Positions 19,720 through 29,456 are shown, numbered from the stretch's first letter. The stretch is DNA of 64,000 nucleotides from Myxococcota bacterium (GCA_965223415.1 OZ245002.1:3808001-3872000); one strand, 5' to 3'. Program-made: numbers and translations. Notes: generated by a model not told the origin, from the sequence alone.

Positions 19720-20196
19720 CTAGCGGCCTTGGGGGTCATGCGAGGGTAGCAGCCGTTCCGCCTCCCGGACCACGCGTCGTTCCCCATCGAAGGTGAGTCG
19801 TTCCGCGGCCTCTTCCAGCGGGCACCAGTGGACCCGCTCCATCTCCCCGTCCTGGGCCTGGCCGTCTCCGCTGACGTGCTCCATCAGGAAGTAGTGCACG
19901 ACCTTCGGGACGTGCGCCTCGCGGCCCCGGTGCCAGAAGGCGTAGCGGACCGGCTCGAGGGCGCCGAGCACCCGCGCGACGACGCCGACCTCCTCACGGA
20001 CCTCCCGGACCGCGGCCTCCTCCAGGCTCTCGCCGGGCTCCCGGTGGCCTTTCGGCAGCCGCACGTTGCGGTCCCCGGTGTTCCAGTCCACCTGGTCCGC
20101 GATCAGCACCTCCGGCCCGCCGGCGCCCTGGCGGACCACGACGCCGCCCGCGCTCACCTCCTCGTCTACGCTCCCGCTCACCCGGTCTTCCCCCAC
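19720..20196 (-). CDS. NUDIX hydrolase
   Basis: LPKGHREPGESLEEAAVREVREEVG Nudix box. Confidence 0.9.
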   Translation of the reverse strand: MGEDRVSGSVDEEVSAGGVVVRQGAGGPEVLIADQVDWNTGDRNVRLPKGHREPGESLEEAAVREVREEVGVVARVLGALEPVRYAFWHRGREAHVPKVVHYFLMEHVSGDGQAQDGEMERVHWCPLEEAAERLTFDGERRVVREAERLLPSHDPQGR

Positions 20197-20254
20197 GCGC
20201 TAGAATCGTGTTTTAGCGCGCCCGATCGGCGGCGCGACCCCGCCCTGGAGACCC

Positions 20255-21130
20255 ATGAGCTCGAAGCGTCTCGAACAGGCCTACGCCGAGGCGATCCAGG
20301 GCCTGGCGGTACCCCGCTCCGACGCGCTCGCCAAGGCCGACGAGGAGGGCTACCCGGACTGGGACCAGGCCGTCGTCTGGGTCGAGCGGCTGAAGCGCGT
20401 GATCCTCCACGAGCGCGACGAGGAGGCGCTGGCGAACGAGATCCCGGACCTGGCCGAGGGGCTGCTCGCCCTGCTGGAGCGTGTCCGCCAGGGCCACGAC
20501 CTCGACCCGGAGGCCGCTACCGAGGCTTTCATCGCCCGGCTCCCGGAGGTGCGAGCCCAGCTGGCCGACGACGTGGAGGCGGCCTTCGAGGGGGATCCGG
20601 CCGCCCGGAGCTTCGGCGAGATCATCGTCGCCTATCCCTCGATCCATGCCATCACGATCTACCGGCTCGCTCACGAGCTCTTCCGGCTCGGCGTGCCGCA
20701 GCTTCCGCGGGTGCTGACGGAGCACGCCCACGCGCGCACCGGCATCGACATCCATCCCGGAGCGACCATCGGGCGGCGGCTGTTCATCGATCACGGCACC
20801 GGCGTGGTGATCGGCGAGAGCAGCGAGATCGGTGACAATGTCCGGCTCTACCACGGTGTGACCCTCGGCGCCTTCTCACCCCGCCGCGGCCAGACGATTC
20901 GCGGCACGAAGCGCCACCCGACGATCGGCGACGACGTGACGATCTATCCCGGTGCCACCATCCTGGGCGGCGAGACCGTGATCGGCAGCGGCAGCGTCGT
21001 GAACGGCAACGCCTACGTGACCGAGTCGGTGCCGCCGAACTCGCGGGTCGTGCCCGAGGCGCCGCGGCAGGAGGTGCGCCAACGGGGCGGCACCCGGCCG
21101 GGGGACGAGCAGCTCCATTGGGACATCTGA
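20255..21130 (+). CDS. cysE: Serine O-acetyltransferase
   Basis: GDPAA, TGIDIHPGATIG, FIDHGTGVVIGE, KRHPTIG. Confidence 0.92.
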   Translation: MSSKRLEQAYAEAIQGLAVPRSDALAKADEEGYPDWDQAVVWVERLKRVILHERDEEALANEIPDLAEGLLALLERVRQGHDLDPEAATEAFIARLPEVRAQLADDVEAAFEGDPAARSFGEIIVAYPSIHAITIYRLAHELFRLGVPQLPRVLTEHAHARTGIDIHPGATIGRRLFIDHGTGVVIGESSEIGDNVRLYHGVTLGAFSPRRGQTIRGTKRHPTIGDDVTIYPGATILGGETVIGSGSVVNGNAYVTESVPPNSRVVPEAPRQEVRQRGGTRPGDEQLHWDI

Positions 21131-22050
21131 TCCGCGCCTCCGCGCTCACGGCCGTCGTGCTCGCGGTCGGCTGCTTCCATTCCGCCGCCTTGGAGCCCGA
21201 CCAGGCGGGGGTCGACTTCCCGGTCCAGGGCGAGTACGCCGGCGGCGAGCCGCCGATCGGGGTGCAGGTGGTCGCCACGGGCGGCGGCACGTTCCGCGCG
21301 GTGACGTACGCGGGCGGGCTCCCGGGCGCCGGCGGCGACCCGGTCAGCCGCCAGGTCTTCCCCGGCCGTTGGGACGGCAACGAGGTGGTCTTCGACGGCG
21401 GGCCCGGGCTGCGCATCCGGGAGGGCCAGCTCCAGGCCGGCGCACATCGCCTGCCGAAGCTCGAGCGCGCCAGTCCGACCCTGGGCGCGGCGCCCCCGGA
21501 CGGTGCGGTCGTGCTGTTCGACGGGCAGGGGGCGGGCGGCTTCGACGGCGAGGTCGACGAGCGGGGGCTGCTTGCCGCCGGGGCCACGAGCCGCGAGCGC
21601 TTCGGCAGCTTCGATCTGCACCTGGAGTTCCGCACGCCCTTCATGCCCACCGCGAGCGGGCAGGCCCGGGGCAACAGCGGCGTCTACCTCCAGGGCCGCT
21701 ACGAGGTGCAGATCCTGGATTCCTTCGGCGAGGTCGGAGAGTGGAACGAGTGCGGCGGCATCTACGAGGTGCAGAAACCCGCCGTGAACATGGCCTTCCC
21801 GCCCTTGACCTGGCAGACCTACGACATGCGCTTCCAGGCCGCGCGCTTCGGAGAGGACGGGGAGAAGCTCGCCCCAGCACGTGTGACGGTCCGTCACAAC
21901 GGCGTGGTGATCCAGGACGACGTGGAGCTGCCCGGCCCGACGGGCCTGGGCGATGCCGAGAGCGCCGAGCCCGGCCCGCTCTACCTGCAGGACCACTGGA
22001 ACCCGGTCTTCTTCCGCAACGTCTGGCTCCTTCCCCACTCGCTACCTTGA
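21118..22050 (+). CDS. DUF1080 (3-keto-disaccharide hydrolase-like) lipoprotein
   Basis: LAVGC lipobox; LHLEFRTP, GNSGVYLQGRYEVQILDS, LQDH...FRNVW. Confidence 0.85.
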   Translation: MGHLIRASALTAVVLAVGCFHSAALEPDQAGVDFPVQGEYAGGEPPIGVQVVATGGGTFRAVTYAGGLPGAGGDPVSRQVFPGRWDGNEVVFDGGPGLRIREGQLQAGAHRLPKLERASPTLGAAPPDGAVVLFDGQGAGGFDGEVDERGLLAAGATSRERFGSFDLHLEFRTPFMPTASGQARGNSGVYLQGRYEVQILDSFGEVGEWNECGGIYEVQKPAVNMAFPPLTWQTYDMRFQAARFGEDGEKLAPARVTVRHNGVVIQDDVELPGPTGLGDAESAEPGPLYLQDHWNPVFFRNVWLLPHSLP

Positions 22051-22054
22051 GGCC

Positions 22055-22510
22055 ATGATCGTCCGCAGCGTCGCGCTCCTCTGTCTCGTCGGCATTCTCC
22101 TCGCCGCCCCCGTCGCGGGGGAGGAGAGCTGGGCCTACGGCCTGGCCGGCGACCTGATGAGTCCCTACTGCCCGGGCCGTGCGCTCTCCGAGTGCCCGAG
22201 CCCGAACGCCGAGAAGCTCCGTGTCTGGATCCTCGACCAGGAGAAGGCCGGCCGGAGCCAGGCCGAGGTCGAGGCCCAGCTCTACGAGCAGTTCGGCGAC
22301 CAGCTGCGCCAGTCGCCCAAAGCCGAAGGCGTCGGCCTCGTCGCCTACGCCATTCCCATCGTCGTCTTCCTCGGCGGCGGCCTCCTCGTCGCCGTCTTCC
22401 TCCAGCGCGCCCGCGCCGCCTCCGACCCCGAGCCCGCCACCCCCACCCCCACTCGCCCTACCGCCGACACCGACCTCGAACGCCTCCTCGACGAACAGCT
22501 CGAACGTTAA
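22055..22510 (+). CDS. CcmH-like cytochrome c biogenesis protein
   Basis: Signal peptide, LMSPYCPGRALSECPS, G+S..E....L..+FG motif, C-terminal TM helix. Confidence 0.75.
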   Translation: MIVRSVALLCLVGILLAAPVAGEESWAYGLAGDLMSPYCPGRALSECPSPNAEKLRVWILDQEKAGRSQAEVEAQLYEQFGDQLRQSPKAEGVGLVAYAIPIVVFLGGGLLVAVFLQRARAASDPEPATPTPTRPTADTDLERLLDEQLER

Positions 22511-22538
22511 GTTAGGGGCCGGTTCCGTTTGTTAAGTT
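22506..22538. repeat. Single-arm REP-like unit (type B)
   Basis: GTTAAGTT-AGGGGCCGGTTCCGTTT-GTTAAGTT; core identical to the arms at 55193; contains the stop codons of both convergent genes. Confidence 0.85.
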
Positions 22539-23906
22539 GTGCTCGGTCTGGTCGGTGAAGGTGACGGGGACGCGGAGGGGATCGGCGCGGCCGGGCAGCG
22601 CGATCCAGAGGTCGCCCTGGTGGCGGCCGGGGTGGCGCAGCTTCACGACGAGCTCGCCGGCGCGTTCGGCGAGCTGGGCCACTTCGGCGTGGCCCATGCC
22701 GACATGGAGGCTCGAGCCGACGACGACAGGGCGATCCGAGGTCGGCGTCAGGGCGAGCAGGCGGCAGCCGCCCGCCGGCACCTCGCGCGGCTCGATCGCC
22801 TCGACGACACCGAGCGGGCGGTTCGGCCAGAACTCGTAGACGTGGACCGGCGCTCCCGGAGGCTCGGGCAGCGCCTCCAGATCGAGGCCGAGGTGCGCGG
22901 GGACCGCGCCCGGGTTCCACAGCAGCACCGCGAACCGCCCTCCCCGCAGCGCCGCCGCCACCCCGTGCTCGCCCACCCGGCGCAGGGGCCGGGCCAGCGG
23001 GGGCAGGGCACGCCGCAGCAGGGTCGCCGCCTCGTCGCCGGCCTCGTCCGGGTGGCCGGCCAGCTCCACGTGCCCGCCGAGGCTGGCCAGGGAGAGCTCC
23101 GTCTCGAGCCGGGCCCGCCCCACGCTCGTCTCGATGGGCGGAGGACCCAGGTGCCATAGCCGCCCCGCCTCGTGGGCCCGGGCCGCCAGGTTCGACGCCG
23201 TGCGCACCGCGCCCGCGTCCTTCCCGGCCACGGCGAGGTGGGGGAGCGTCTGGCTGGTCCGGGCGCCGGGCCAGGACACAACGCCCCGGGGCACCACCCG
23301 CCCGCGGCGTTCCGCCGCCGCGCGCTCGGCCCAGGCTTCGAGCAGGGCGTGCTCTTCGCCGCCGACGCCGATCCACACCCGATCGCCGGGGCGCGCGACG
23401 CCTGGCGCCAGAGGAGCCTCCGCCGCACCGGCCTGCGCCGCGAGCCCGCCGCCCTCGGCGTGGATCCGGGCCACGCCGCCGCCCGTGAACCCGGCAAGCC
23501 CGCGAACCGTGCCATGGCGGAACAGACACCAGGCCCCGGTGGGATCGAAGCGTTCGCCCTGGGCCCCCGCGAGTACGAGGCAGGGCTCCTCGCTCCCGAC
23601 CACGGTGTCCGGGCCGCGGTTCTCGATGCCCAGCTGGTGGGTGAGCCCGCGTCCCGCAGCGTCCACCTCCAACACCCAACGCAGCGCCAAGGCACCCCGG
23701 GCGGCCCGCTGCACCTCGATGCGCTCGGCCGGCCCTGCGGCCGTCTTGATGCGCCCGCGCGCGACGATGGTTGGTGCCCCACCGGCGGACCACGGTGTTC
23801 GAAGCACGAGAGGCTGCCCTCCCGGCGCGAGCACGCGCGCCACGCCGCGGCGCGGCTCGACCTCGAGCCGCAGCCCTTCGCAACGCACCTCGATCATCGC
23901 CGACAC
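22512..23906 (-). CDS. Hypothetical protein resembling a degenerate alpha-galactosidase (GH36/GH27-like C-terminus)
   Basis: C-terminal VLLWN...VYEFW...VPAGGCRLL...PVVVGSSLHV resembles alpha-galactosidase C-terminal beta domains; no intact catalytic barrel recognised. Confidence 0.45.
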   Translation of the reverse strand: MSAMIEVRCEGLRLEVEPRRGVARVLAPGGQPLVLRTPWSAGGAPTIVARGRIKTAAGPAERIEVQRAARGALALRWVLEVDAAGRGLTHQLGIENRGPDTVVGSEEPCLVLAGAQGERFDPTGAWCLFRHGTVRGLAGFTGGGVARIHAEGGGLAAQAGAAEAPLAPGVARPGDRVWIGVGGEEHALLEAWAERAAAERRGRVVPRGVVSWPGARTSQTLPHLAVAGKDAGAVRTASNLAARAHEAGRLWHLGPPPIETSVGRARLETELSLASLGGHVELAGHPDEAGDEAATLLRRALPPLARPLRRVGEHGVAAALRGGRFAVLLWNPGAVPAHLGLDLEALPEPPGAPVHVYEFWPNRPLGVVEAIEPREVPAGGCRLLALTPTSDRPVVVGSSLHVGMGHAEVAQLAERAGELVVKLRHPGRHQGDLWIALPGRADPLRVPVTFTDQTEHNLTNGTGP

Positions 23907-23929
23907 AACGGGCCGGTATACTCGCGCCG

Positions 23930-24484
23930 GTGAAGATCTACACCAAGCGCGGCGACGCGGGGGAGACCGATCTGTTCGGCGGCCCCCGCGTCGGCAAGGA
24001 CGACCTGCGCGTCGAGGCCTACGGGGCCGTGGACGAGCTCAACTCCGTGTTGGGCGTCGCGGTCGCTGCTGGCGGCCAGGACGACCTCGCCGCCCTGACC
24101 CGCTCGCTGCAGGGCACGCTCTTCGACCTGGGTGCCTATCTCGCCTCTCCCGATGCGGAGCGGCGCGAGAAGAGCCGCATCCCCGAGCCTCGCATCGAGG
24201 ACGTCGAGGCGCTCGAAGCCCGGATCGACGCCTTCGAGGCCGAGCTCGCTCCGCTGCGCCGCTTCATCCTGCCTGGAGGCACGACCGCGGCCGCGGCCTT
24301 CCACCTGGCTCGCACCGTGTGTCGCCGCGCCGAGCGCCGTGCCGTGGCCCTGGACCGGGCCGAGCCCCTCGATCCCACAGCCCTCCGCTACCTGAACCGC
24401 CTATCCGATCTCTTGTTCGTGCTCGCCCGCGTGGAGAACCACCGGGCGGGCGTCGAGGATGTCGAGTGGGAGGGCGGCGGGTAG
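23930..24484 (+). CDS. pduO: ATP:cob(I)alamin adenosyltransferase (PduO type)
   Basis: KIYTKRGDAGET, AYGAVDELNS, FILPGG, ARTVCRRAER, YLNRLSDLLF. Confidence 0.95.
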   Translation: MKIYTKRGDAGETDLFGGPRVGKDDLRVEAYGAVDELNSVLGVAVAAGGQDDLAALTRSLQGTLFDLGAYLASPDAERREKSRIPEPRIEDVEALEARIDAFEAELAPLRRFILPGGTTAAAAFHLARTVCRRAERRAVALDRAEPLDPTALRYLNRLSDLLFVLARVENHRAGVEDVEWEGGG

Positions 24485-24625
24485 GCCGGGACCCGGCCGC
24501 GGCGGAGCGGACCCGATGATGCGCACCGGCTCCTCGAAGCGCGCGCGGATGCGGGCGCCGAGCCAGAAGGCCGCCACCAGCTCCAGCGCCAGCAGGATCA
24601 ACACCCAACGCCCCAGTCGCTTCAC
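24401..24625 (-). CDS. Small hypothetical membrane protein
   Basis: GTGA-coupled to the meaB stop; one TM segment; overlaps the pduO 3' end by 84 nt. Confidence 0.35.
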   Translation of the reverse strand: MKRLGRWVLILLALELVAAFWLGARIRARFEEPVRIIGSAPPRPGPGLPAALPLDILDARPVVLHAGEHEQEIG

Positions 24626-25635
24626 GTTCCCCCCTCACCGCCGCGGAGGGCGGCCTCGATCTCCCGGCCGAGCTCCTCGCCGAGGGCGAATCCCGAGCGA
24701 TCCGCCGCCGCCGCCAGTCGGGTGGCCAACGCTTCCTCCCCGCCCCACACGGCCAGGCCGTGGCTGCCGTAGCGGTGGAGCAGGCTGGTGCGCACCCCGG
24801 CGTCCCGCCCGCGCCGCCGACGCGCCTCGAGCTCCCGCGGTCGCAGGCTCTCGAGGTGGCTCTCCAGGGCCGCGTCGAGCTCGTCCATCCCCGAGCCGTC
24901 CCGGGCGGAGACGAGGACCACCGGAGGCCGCCACTCGCTCGCCCGTTCGCCGAGGCCCAGTCCCGCCGTCAGCTCGTGTGCGGTCCGCTCGGCCACCGGG
25001 CCGAGGTCTGCCTTGTTCACGGCCAGCACGTCGGGCAGCTCGAGGATGCCCGCCTTCATGAACTGCAGCAGGTCGCCGGCGCCGGGCTGGGCGAGGTAGA
25101 CCAGGGTGTCCGCCAGATCGGCCACTTCGCCTTCGCTCTGCCCGACGCCCACGGTTTCGACCAGCACCACGTCGAAGGCGGCCGCCAGGACCGTCACGCT
25201 GGCGCGGGCCGCTTCGGCGAGCCCGCCCAGCCGGTCTCGGGCGGCCATGGAGCGGAAGAAGACGCCCGGGTCCGCCGCCCCCGAACGCACGCGCATGCGA
25301 TCGCCGAGCAGCGCGCCGCCGGTGCGGCGGCTCGAGGGATCGACGGCCACCACCCCGACGGTCTGCTCCCGCCCGCGGAGGCGGCGCACCAACGCGTCGA
25401 GCAGCGTCGACTTCCCCGCGCCCGGCGCGCCGGTGAGGCCGATGCGCCGGGCCCCGCCCAGCAGCACCTTCTCCTCGAGGGCGGCGAGGAGTGCTGTCGC
25501 CTGGCGGCGCGCCTGCGGCCGGCCGTCGTCCACCAGGTTGAGGGCCGGGGCCACCGCCGAGCGGTCCCGTGCGAGCAGGCGCTCCGCGAGCTCCGGACGA
25601 GCCGCGTTCGGCTCCTCCCCGGCCCCCTCAGCCAA
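24622..25635 (-). CDS. meaB: MeaB/ArgK GTPase chaperone of B12 mutases
   Basis: GLTGAPGAGKST, AVDPSS, GALLGDRMR, ETVGVGQSE, NKAD; probable TTG start. Confidence 0.93.
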   Translation of the reverse strand: MAEGAGEEPNAARPELAERLLARDRSAVAPALNLVDDGRPQARRQATALLAALEEKVLLGGARRIGLTGAPGAGKSTLLDALVRRLRGREQTVGVVAVDPSSRRTGGALLGDRMRVRSGAADPGVFFRSMAARDRLGGLAEAARASVTVLAAAFDVVLVETVGVGQSEGEVADLADTLVYLAQPGAGDLLQFMKAGILELPDVLAVNKADLGPVAERTAHELTAGLGLGERASEWRPPVVLVSARDGSGMDELDAALESHLESLRPRELEARRRRGRDAGVRTSLLHRYGSHGLAVWGGEEALATRLAAAADRSGFALGEELGREIEAALRGGEGGT

Positions 25636-27604
25636 GGGCGCCGCCCGCCTCCACCACGTCGACGATCTCGTCCATGATGCGGGTGAGGTCGAAGTCCTTC
25701 GGCGTGTAGACGCGCTCGACACTGGCGGCGCGCAGGGCGTCGGCATCGTCGTCGGGGATGATGCCGCCGACCACGACCGGAACGGCGAGGCCCTCCGCCC
25801 GCAGCCCCTCGAGGACGTCGAGCACCAGCACCTGATGGGAGCCGGACAGGATCGAGAGGCCGATCACGTGCACCCCCTCGTCGCGGGCCGACTGCACGAT
25901 CTCCTCCGGGGTCAGGCGGATGCCGTCGTAGACGACCTCCATGCCCACGTCGCGGGCCTTCACGGCGATCTGCTCGGCGCCATTGCTGTGGCCGTCGAGG
26001 CCGGGCTTGCCGACCAGGATCTTGAGCGGGCGCCCGAGCTTCTCCCCACAGGCGCGGACGCGCTTCCGGACCTTCTCGTTGGCTTCGTCCGCCACCTGGG
26101 ACTCCCTCGCCACCACGCCGGTGGGGGCGCGGTACTCGCCGAAGAGCTTGCGGAGCGTGTCCGCCCACTGGCCGGTGGTCACCCCCGCATGGGCCGCGCG
26201 GATCGACGGCGGCATCACGTTCTCGCCGTTCGCCAGAGCGTCGCGCAAGCCCTGGAGCGCGGCTTCCACCTCGGCCTCGTTGCGCTTCGCCCGGAACGCG
26301 TTCAGCCGCTCGACCTGCTCGCGCTCCGCCGAGTCGTCCACCTTGAGGATGGCCGTGTCGTCGTCGCCGACCAGGGGCGAGGGCTCGGTCTCGGTGTAGA
26401 CGTTCACGCCGATCACCGGAAGCTCGCCGCTCTCGATCGCGCGCACGCGGGCGGTGTGGGACTCGACCAGACGCTGCTTCATGTAGGCGTTCTCGACGGC
26501 CGCCACGGCCCCGCCCAGGGCGAGCACCCGGTCGAGCTCCTCCTGGGCCGCCTTCTTCAGCTCCTCCACCTTCGCTTCGACGACGTGGGAGCCGTCGAGC
26601 AGGTCCGGGTACTCGAGCAGATCCGTCTCGTAGGCGAGGATCTGCTGGATGCGCAGGGACCACTGCTGGTCCCAGGGCCGCGGCAGCCCCAGCGCCTCGT
26701 TCCAGGCCGGGAGCTGGAGCGCCCGACAGCGGGCCTTCTTCGAGAAGGTGACCCCGAGCGCTTCGAGCACGATGCGCACCACGTTGTTCTCGGGCTGGGC
26801 CTCCGTGAGCCCGAGGCTGTTCACCTGCACGCCGTAGCGGAAGCGGCGGAGCTTCGGATCCTTCACGCCGTAGCGGTCGCGGCCGAGCTCGTCCCACAGC
26901 TCGGTCATCGCCCGGCCCTTGCAGATCTCCTCGACGAAGCGGATGCCCGCGTTCAGGAAGAAGGAGATGCGGCCGAACACCTCGGGGATCACGTCGTCGG
27001 GAACGTCCTCCCGTGCCTTCACCGCATCGAGGACGGCGATCGCGTTGGCCAGAGCGAAGGCGATCTCCTGGACCGGCGTCGCCCCCGCTTCCTGCAGGTG
27101 ATAGGAGCAGATGTTGATCGGGTTCCACTTCGGGATGGCGTGGACCGTGTGGGCGACCATGTCGCTGATCAGCCGCATGGAGGGCTCGGGCGGGAAGACG
27201 TAGGTGCCCCGGGAGAGATACTCCTTGATCAGATCGTTCTGGGTGGTGCCGCGCAGTCGGTCCGCCGCCACCCCCTGCCGCTCGGCGGCGGCCACGTAGA
27301 GCGCCAGCAGCCAGGCGGCCGTGGCGTTGATCGTCATCGAGGTGTTCATCCGGTCGAGGGGGATCTCCCGGAACAGCACCTCCATGTCGCCCAGGTGCCC
27401 GATCGGCACGCCGACCTTGCCGACCTCGCCGCGGGCGAGCGGGTGGTCCGCGTCGTAGCCCGTCTGGGTCGGCAAGTCGAAGGCGACGGACAGGCCGGTC
27501 TGGCCTTTCGCCAGGTTGGTGCGGTAGAGGGCGTTGCTGGCTTCGGCCGAGGAGTGGCCGGAGTAGGTGCGGAACACCCAGGGGCGGTCGCGTTCGGCGG
27601 CCAT
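25628..27604 (-). CDS. meaA: Ethylmalonyl-CoA mutase (MeaA/Ecm), B12-dependent
   Basis: PWVFRTYSGHSSAEASNALYRTNLAKGQTGLSVAFDLPTQ, ICSYHLQEAG, GVQVNSLGLTE, KPGLDGHSNGAEQIA. Confidence 0.93.
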   Translation of the reverse strand: MAAERDRPWVFRTYSGHSSAEASNALYRTNLAKGQTGLSVAFDLPTQTGYDADHPLARGEVGKVGVPIGHLGDMEVLFREIPLDRMNTSMTINATAAWLLALYVAAAERQGVAADRLRGTTQNDLIKEYLSRGTYVFPPEPSMRLISDMVAHTVHAIPKWNPINICSYHLQEAGATPVQEIAFALANAIAVLDAVKAREDVPDDVIPEVFGRISFFLNAGIRFVEEICKGRAMTELWDELGRDRYGVKDPKLRRFRYGVQVNSLGLTEAQPENNVVRIVLEALGVTFSKKARCRALQLPAWNEALGLPRPWDQQWSLRIQQILAYETDLLEYPDLLDGSHVVEAKVEELKKAAQEELDRVLALGGAVAAVENAYMKQRLVESHTARVRAIESGELPVIGVNVYTETEPSPLVGDDDTAILKVDDSAEREQVERLNAFRAKRNEAEVEAALQGLRDALANGENVMPPSIRAAHAGVTTGQWADTLRKLFGEYRAPTGVVARESQVADEANEKVRKRVRACGEKLGRPLKILVGKPGLDGHSNGAEQIAVKARDVGMEVVYDGIRLTPEEIVQSARDEGVHVIGLSILSGSHQVLVLDVLEGLRAEGLAVPVVVGGIIPDDDADALRAASVERVYTPKDFDLTRIMDEIVDVVEAGGALG

Positions 27605-27654
27605 GGAGGACTCCCGTGGCTCGGGCCCGGCCCGGACCCAAGTGCCCGGAAATC

Positions 27655-27694
27655 CTAACGAAACACCCCCGGGGGCACCAGCCGCCGGGGGTGT
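27655..27694 (-). terminator. Rho-independent terminator after the PEP-CTERM genes
   Basis: Stem ACACCCCCGG/CCGGGGGTGT (27663-27694) followed on the minus strand by TTCGTT. Confidence 0.6.
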
Positions 27695-27715
27695 CGAAGG
27701 TCGATCGAGTCGCTG

Positions 27716-28387
27716 TCAGGCTCTTCGGCGGGCCCTCGTCGCCGCGAGTCCCAGCGCCACCAGGAGGGCCAGCTCCGGCTCCGGCACCGCATTCAGGTTG
27801 GCGGTGATGCGAAACTCGAGCGGGCTTCCGACTGTGCTGGTGAAGTCGAGCTGGATCCCACACTGGCCCGGAATGGTGCAGTTGAGGGCCGAGAGAGACA
27901 CCGTCTCGCTGAGGCCCATCGGTCCGACGACCGTACTGCCGCCGAGCAGGCCCTCGACCGTGCCCGTCAGCGTCGCCGTGGCGGCCGGGGGGATCTGGGA
28001 GACCAGCGTGAGCCCCGGCAGCACGGTCTCCGTCACCGTGATTCCGGTGAAGGTGACCATCAGCCCGCTCAGCACGATCTCGTCGACGCCGCCCAGGCCG
28101 GGGCCCGTCAGGGTCAGGGTCGGGATCGACAGGCTCAGCGTCCCCGTGGTGCCTCCGACGACGGAGAGCGAGCCGCTGGCCAGCTCGAGCGAGAGATTGT
28201 CGAAGTCCGGGGTGCCTCCGAGGCACGTAGCGACCGAGGTGCAGGCAACCGCATTGCCCGCGAGGATGCCCGTTCCACCGCTGCTCGACAGCGTGTAGGT
28301 CGTGGCACCCATCGAGCTGGCGGCCAGGATGAGGCCGAGGGAAAGGATTCCAGCGCGGAGGCTGCGGTCGACGCTGCTGCGATCCAT
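27716..28387 (-). CDS. PEP-CTERM sorting-domain protein
   Basis: Signal peptide; Thr/Gly/Ser-rich body; VPEP + TM + RARRRA; probable ATG at 28387 with GGGGAG RBS. Confidence 0.85.
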   Translation of the reverse strand: MDRSSVDRSLRAGILSLGLILAASSMGATTYTLSSSGGTGILAGNAVACTSVATCLGGTPDFDNLSLELASGSLSVVGGTTGTLSLSIPTLTLTGPGLGGVDEIVLSGLMVTFTGITVTETVLPGLTLVSQIPPAATATLTGTVEGLLGGSTVVGPMGLSETVSLSALNCTIPGQCGIQLDFTSTVGSPLEFRITANLNAVPEPELALLVALGLAATRARRRA

Positions 28388-28469
28388 ATCGGCTAGCTCC
28401 CCAACAGGAATGGATGGAGTGATTCCCCGTCGTTTCACGCGTTCGTTGTAAACCCTGTTGAACGACGGA

Positions 28470-29141
28470 TCAAGAGAAGATGCGACGCCTCCGCACGGCG
28501 CAGGCCATGCCGACGGTGAGCAACAGTGCCATGCTCGGCTCCGGCACGCCGAAGAACGTGATGTCGGCCTTCACGATCAGGTCCTCGGTCTCGCCCGGAG
28601 CCAGGGAAGCGTCGATCAGGACGAACGTCACCCCGGTGAGGGTGAGCGCGCCCGTCGTCAGGTCGAAGGTGCCGGTGATAGGCGCGATCGTCGTCGTGCT
28701 GAACGGAATCGTGCCGATCGGTGAGCCGCCAGAGTACGACGTGGCCGACCCACTCACGTCCAGCGGGCCAGCGCTGAACGTGAAGGAGGTCGGGCCTCCC
28801 GCCACCGTTTGCGTGAATCCGGCGTTCGGCACGATCGAGAAGCTGTCGAGCGTGAAGGCATCGGCGCCCCCGTAGGGGGAGCTCAGCGTGATCAAGGCCG
28901 ACGGGCCGCCCGTGATGTCGATGCCGTCGATCGACGGCGCCATGTCGTCGAAGATGATGAAGTTCCCGGTGAGCGGGATGCCGGTATGGGAAAAGAGCGT
29001 CGACCCGCCGACGGTTCCTGTGACGTCGACGTCCCCGCTCGAGAAGGTGTACGTGACCGCGGTCGCGGTGCTGGCGGCCGGCAACAGAAGGCCCAGCAAC
29101 AGAACCAGGGCTGCTCTTCGGTTGAACCACTTGGCGCGCAT
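28470..29141 (-). CDS. PEP-CTERM sorting-domain protein
   Basis: Signal peptide; VPEPSMALLLTVGMACAVRRRR C-terminus. Confidence 0.9.
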   Translation of the reverse strand: MRAKWFNRRAALVLLLGLLLPAASTATAVTYTFSSGDVDVTGTVGGSTLFSHTGIPLTGNFIIFDDMAPSIDGIDITGGPSALITLSSPYGGADAFTLDSFSIVPNAGFTQTVAGGPTSFTFSAGPLDVSGSATSYSGGSPIGTIPFSTTTIAPITGTFDLTTGALTLTGVTFVLIDASLAPGETEDLIVKADITFFGVPEPSMALLLTVGMACAVRRRRIFS

Positions 29142-29241
29142 CCTCGTACTCCCCTTCCCAGGCCCCCGGCTGGCCGGGGGTCGCAAAATCCACTTCCCCT
29201 GGCCAACGGGGGCGAAAGCCAAACTTCCCGCCCCGGGCTTA

Positions 29242-29257
29242 AGCAAGCCCGGTGCCA
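29242..29257 (-). promoter_or_regulatory. Sigma-54 (-24/-12) promoter
   Basis: Minus strand TGGCAC-CGGGC-TTGCT, consensus match, about 100 nt upstream of ATG 29141. Confidence 0.85.
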
Positions 29258-29352
29258 CCTTCAGGGAGCGCGAGTCCGTGGTCTAACCACCTGTCTTCGC
29301 AAAGGAAACCGAGCCGCCCCGCAGGCCGCGCACACAGCCGGCCCAAGAATCG

Positions 29353-29388
29353 GGAAAACCGTTTCCGCAATCGGGGAAGCGATGTTCC
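29353..29388. promoter_or_regulatory. Candidate enhancer (UAS): two GGAA-N6-TTCC palindromes
   Basis: GGAA-AACCGT-TTCC (29353) and GGAA-GCGATG-TTCC (29375), 22 bp apart. Confidence 0.7.
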
Positions 29389-29456
29389 CAAGAACGCAGG
29401 AGCTTCGCCCCGGGGGACCCGGCACGAGGCTCCTTGGATCCAGGCTGGAAGCCGGG

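Noticed and set aside
27605..27715. Cobalamin riboswitch upstream of the B12 mutase
   Set aside because: The region is short, holds a terminator-like hairpin, and no B12-box was recognised.
29142..29240. Structured 5' UTR of a PEP-CTERM gene as a riboswitch
   Set aside because: There is a hairpin (CCCCCGGC/GCCGGGGG) and GGGAAG repeats, but no match to a riboswitch consensus I know; an Rfam search would be needed.
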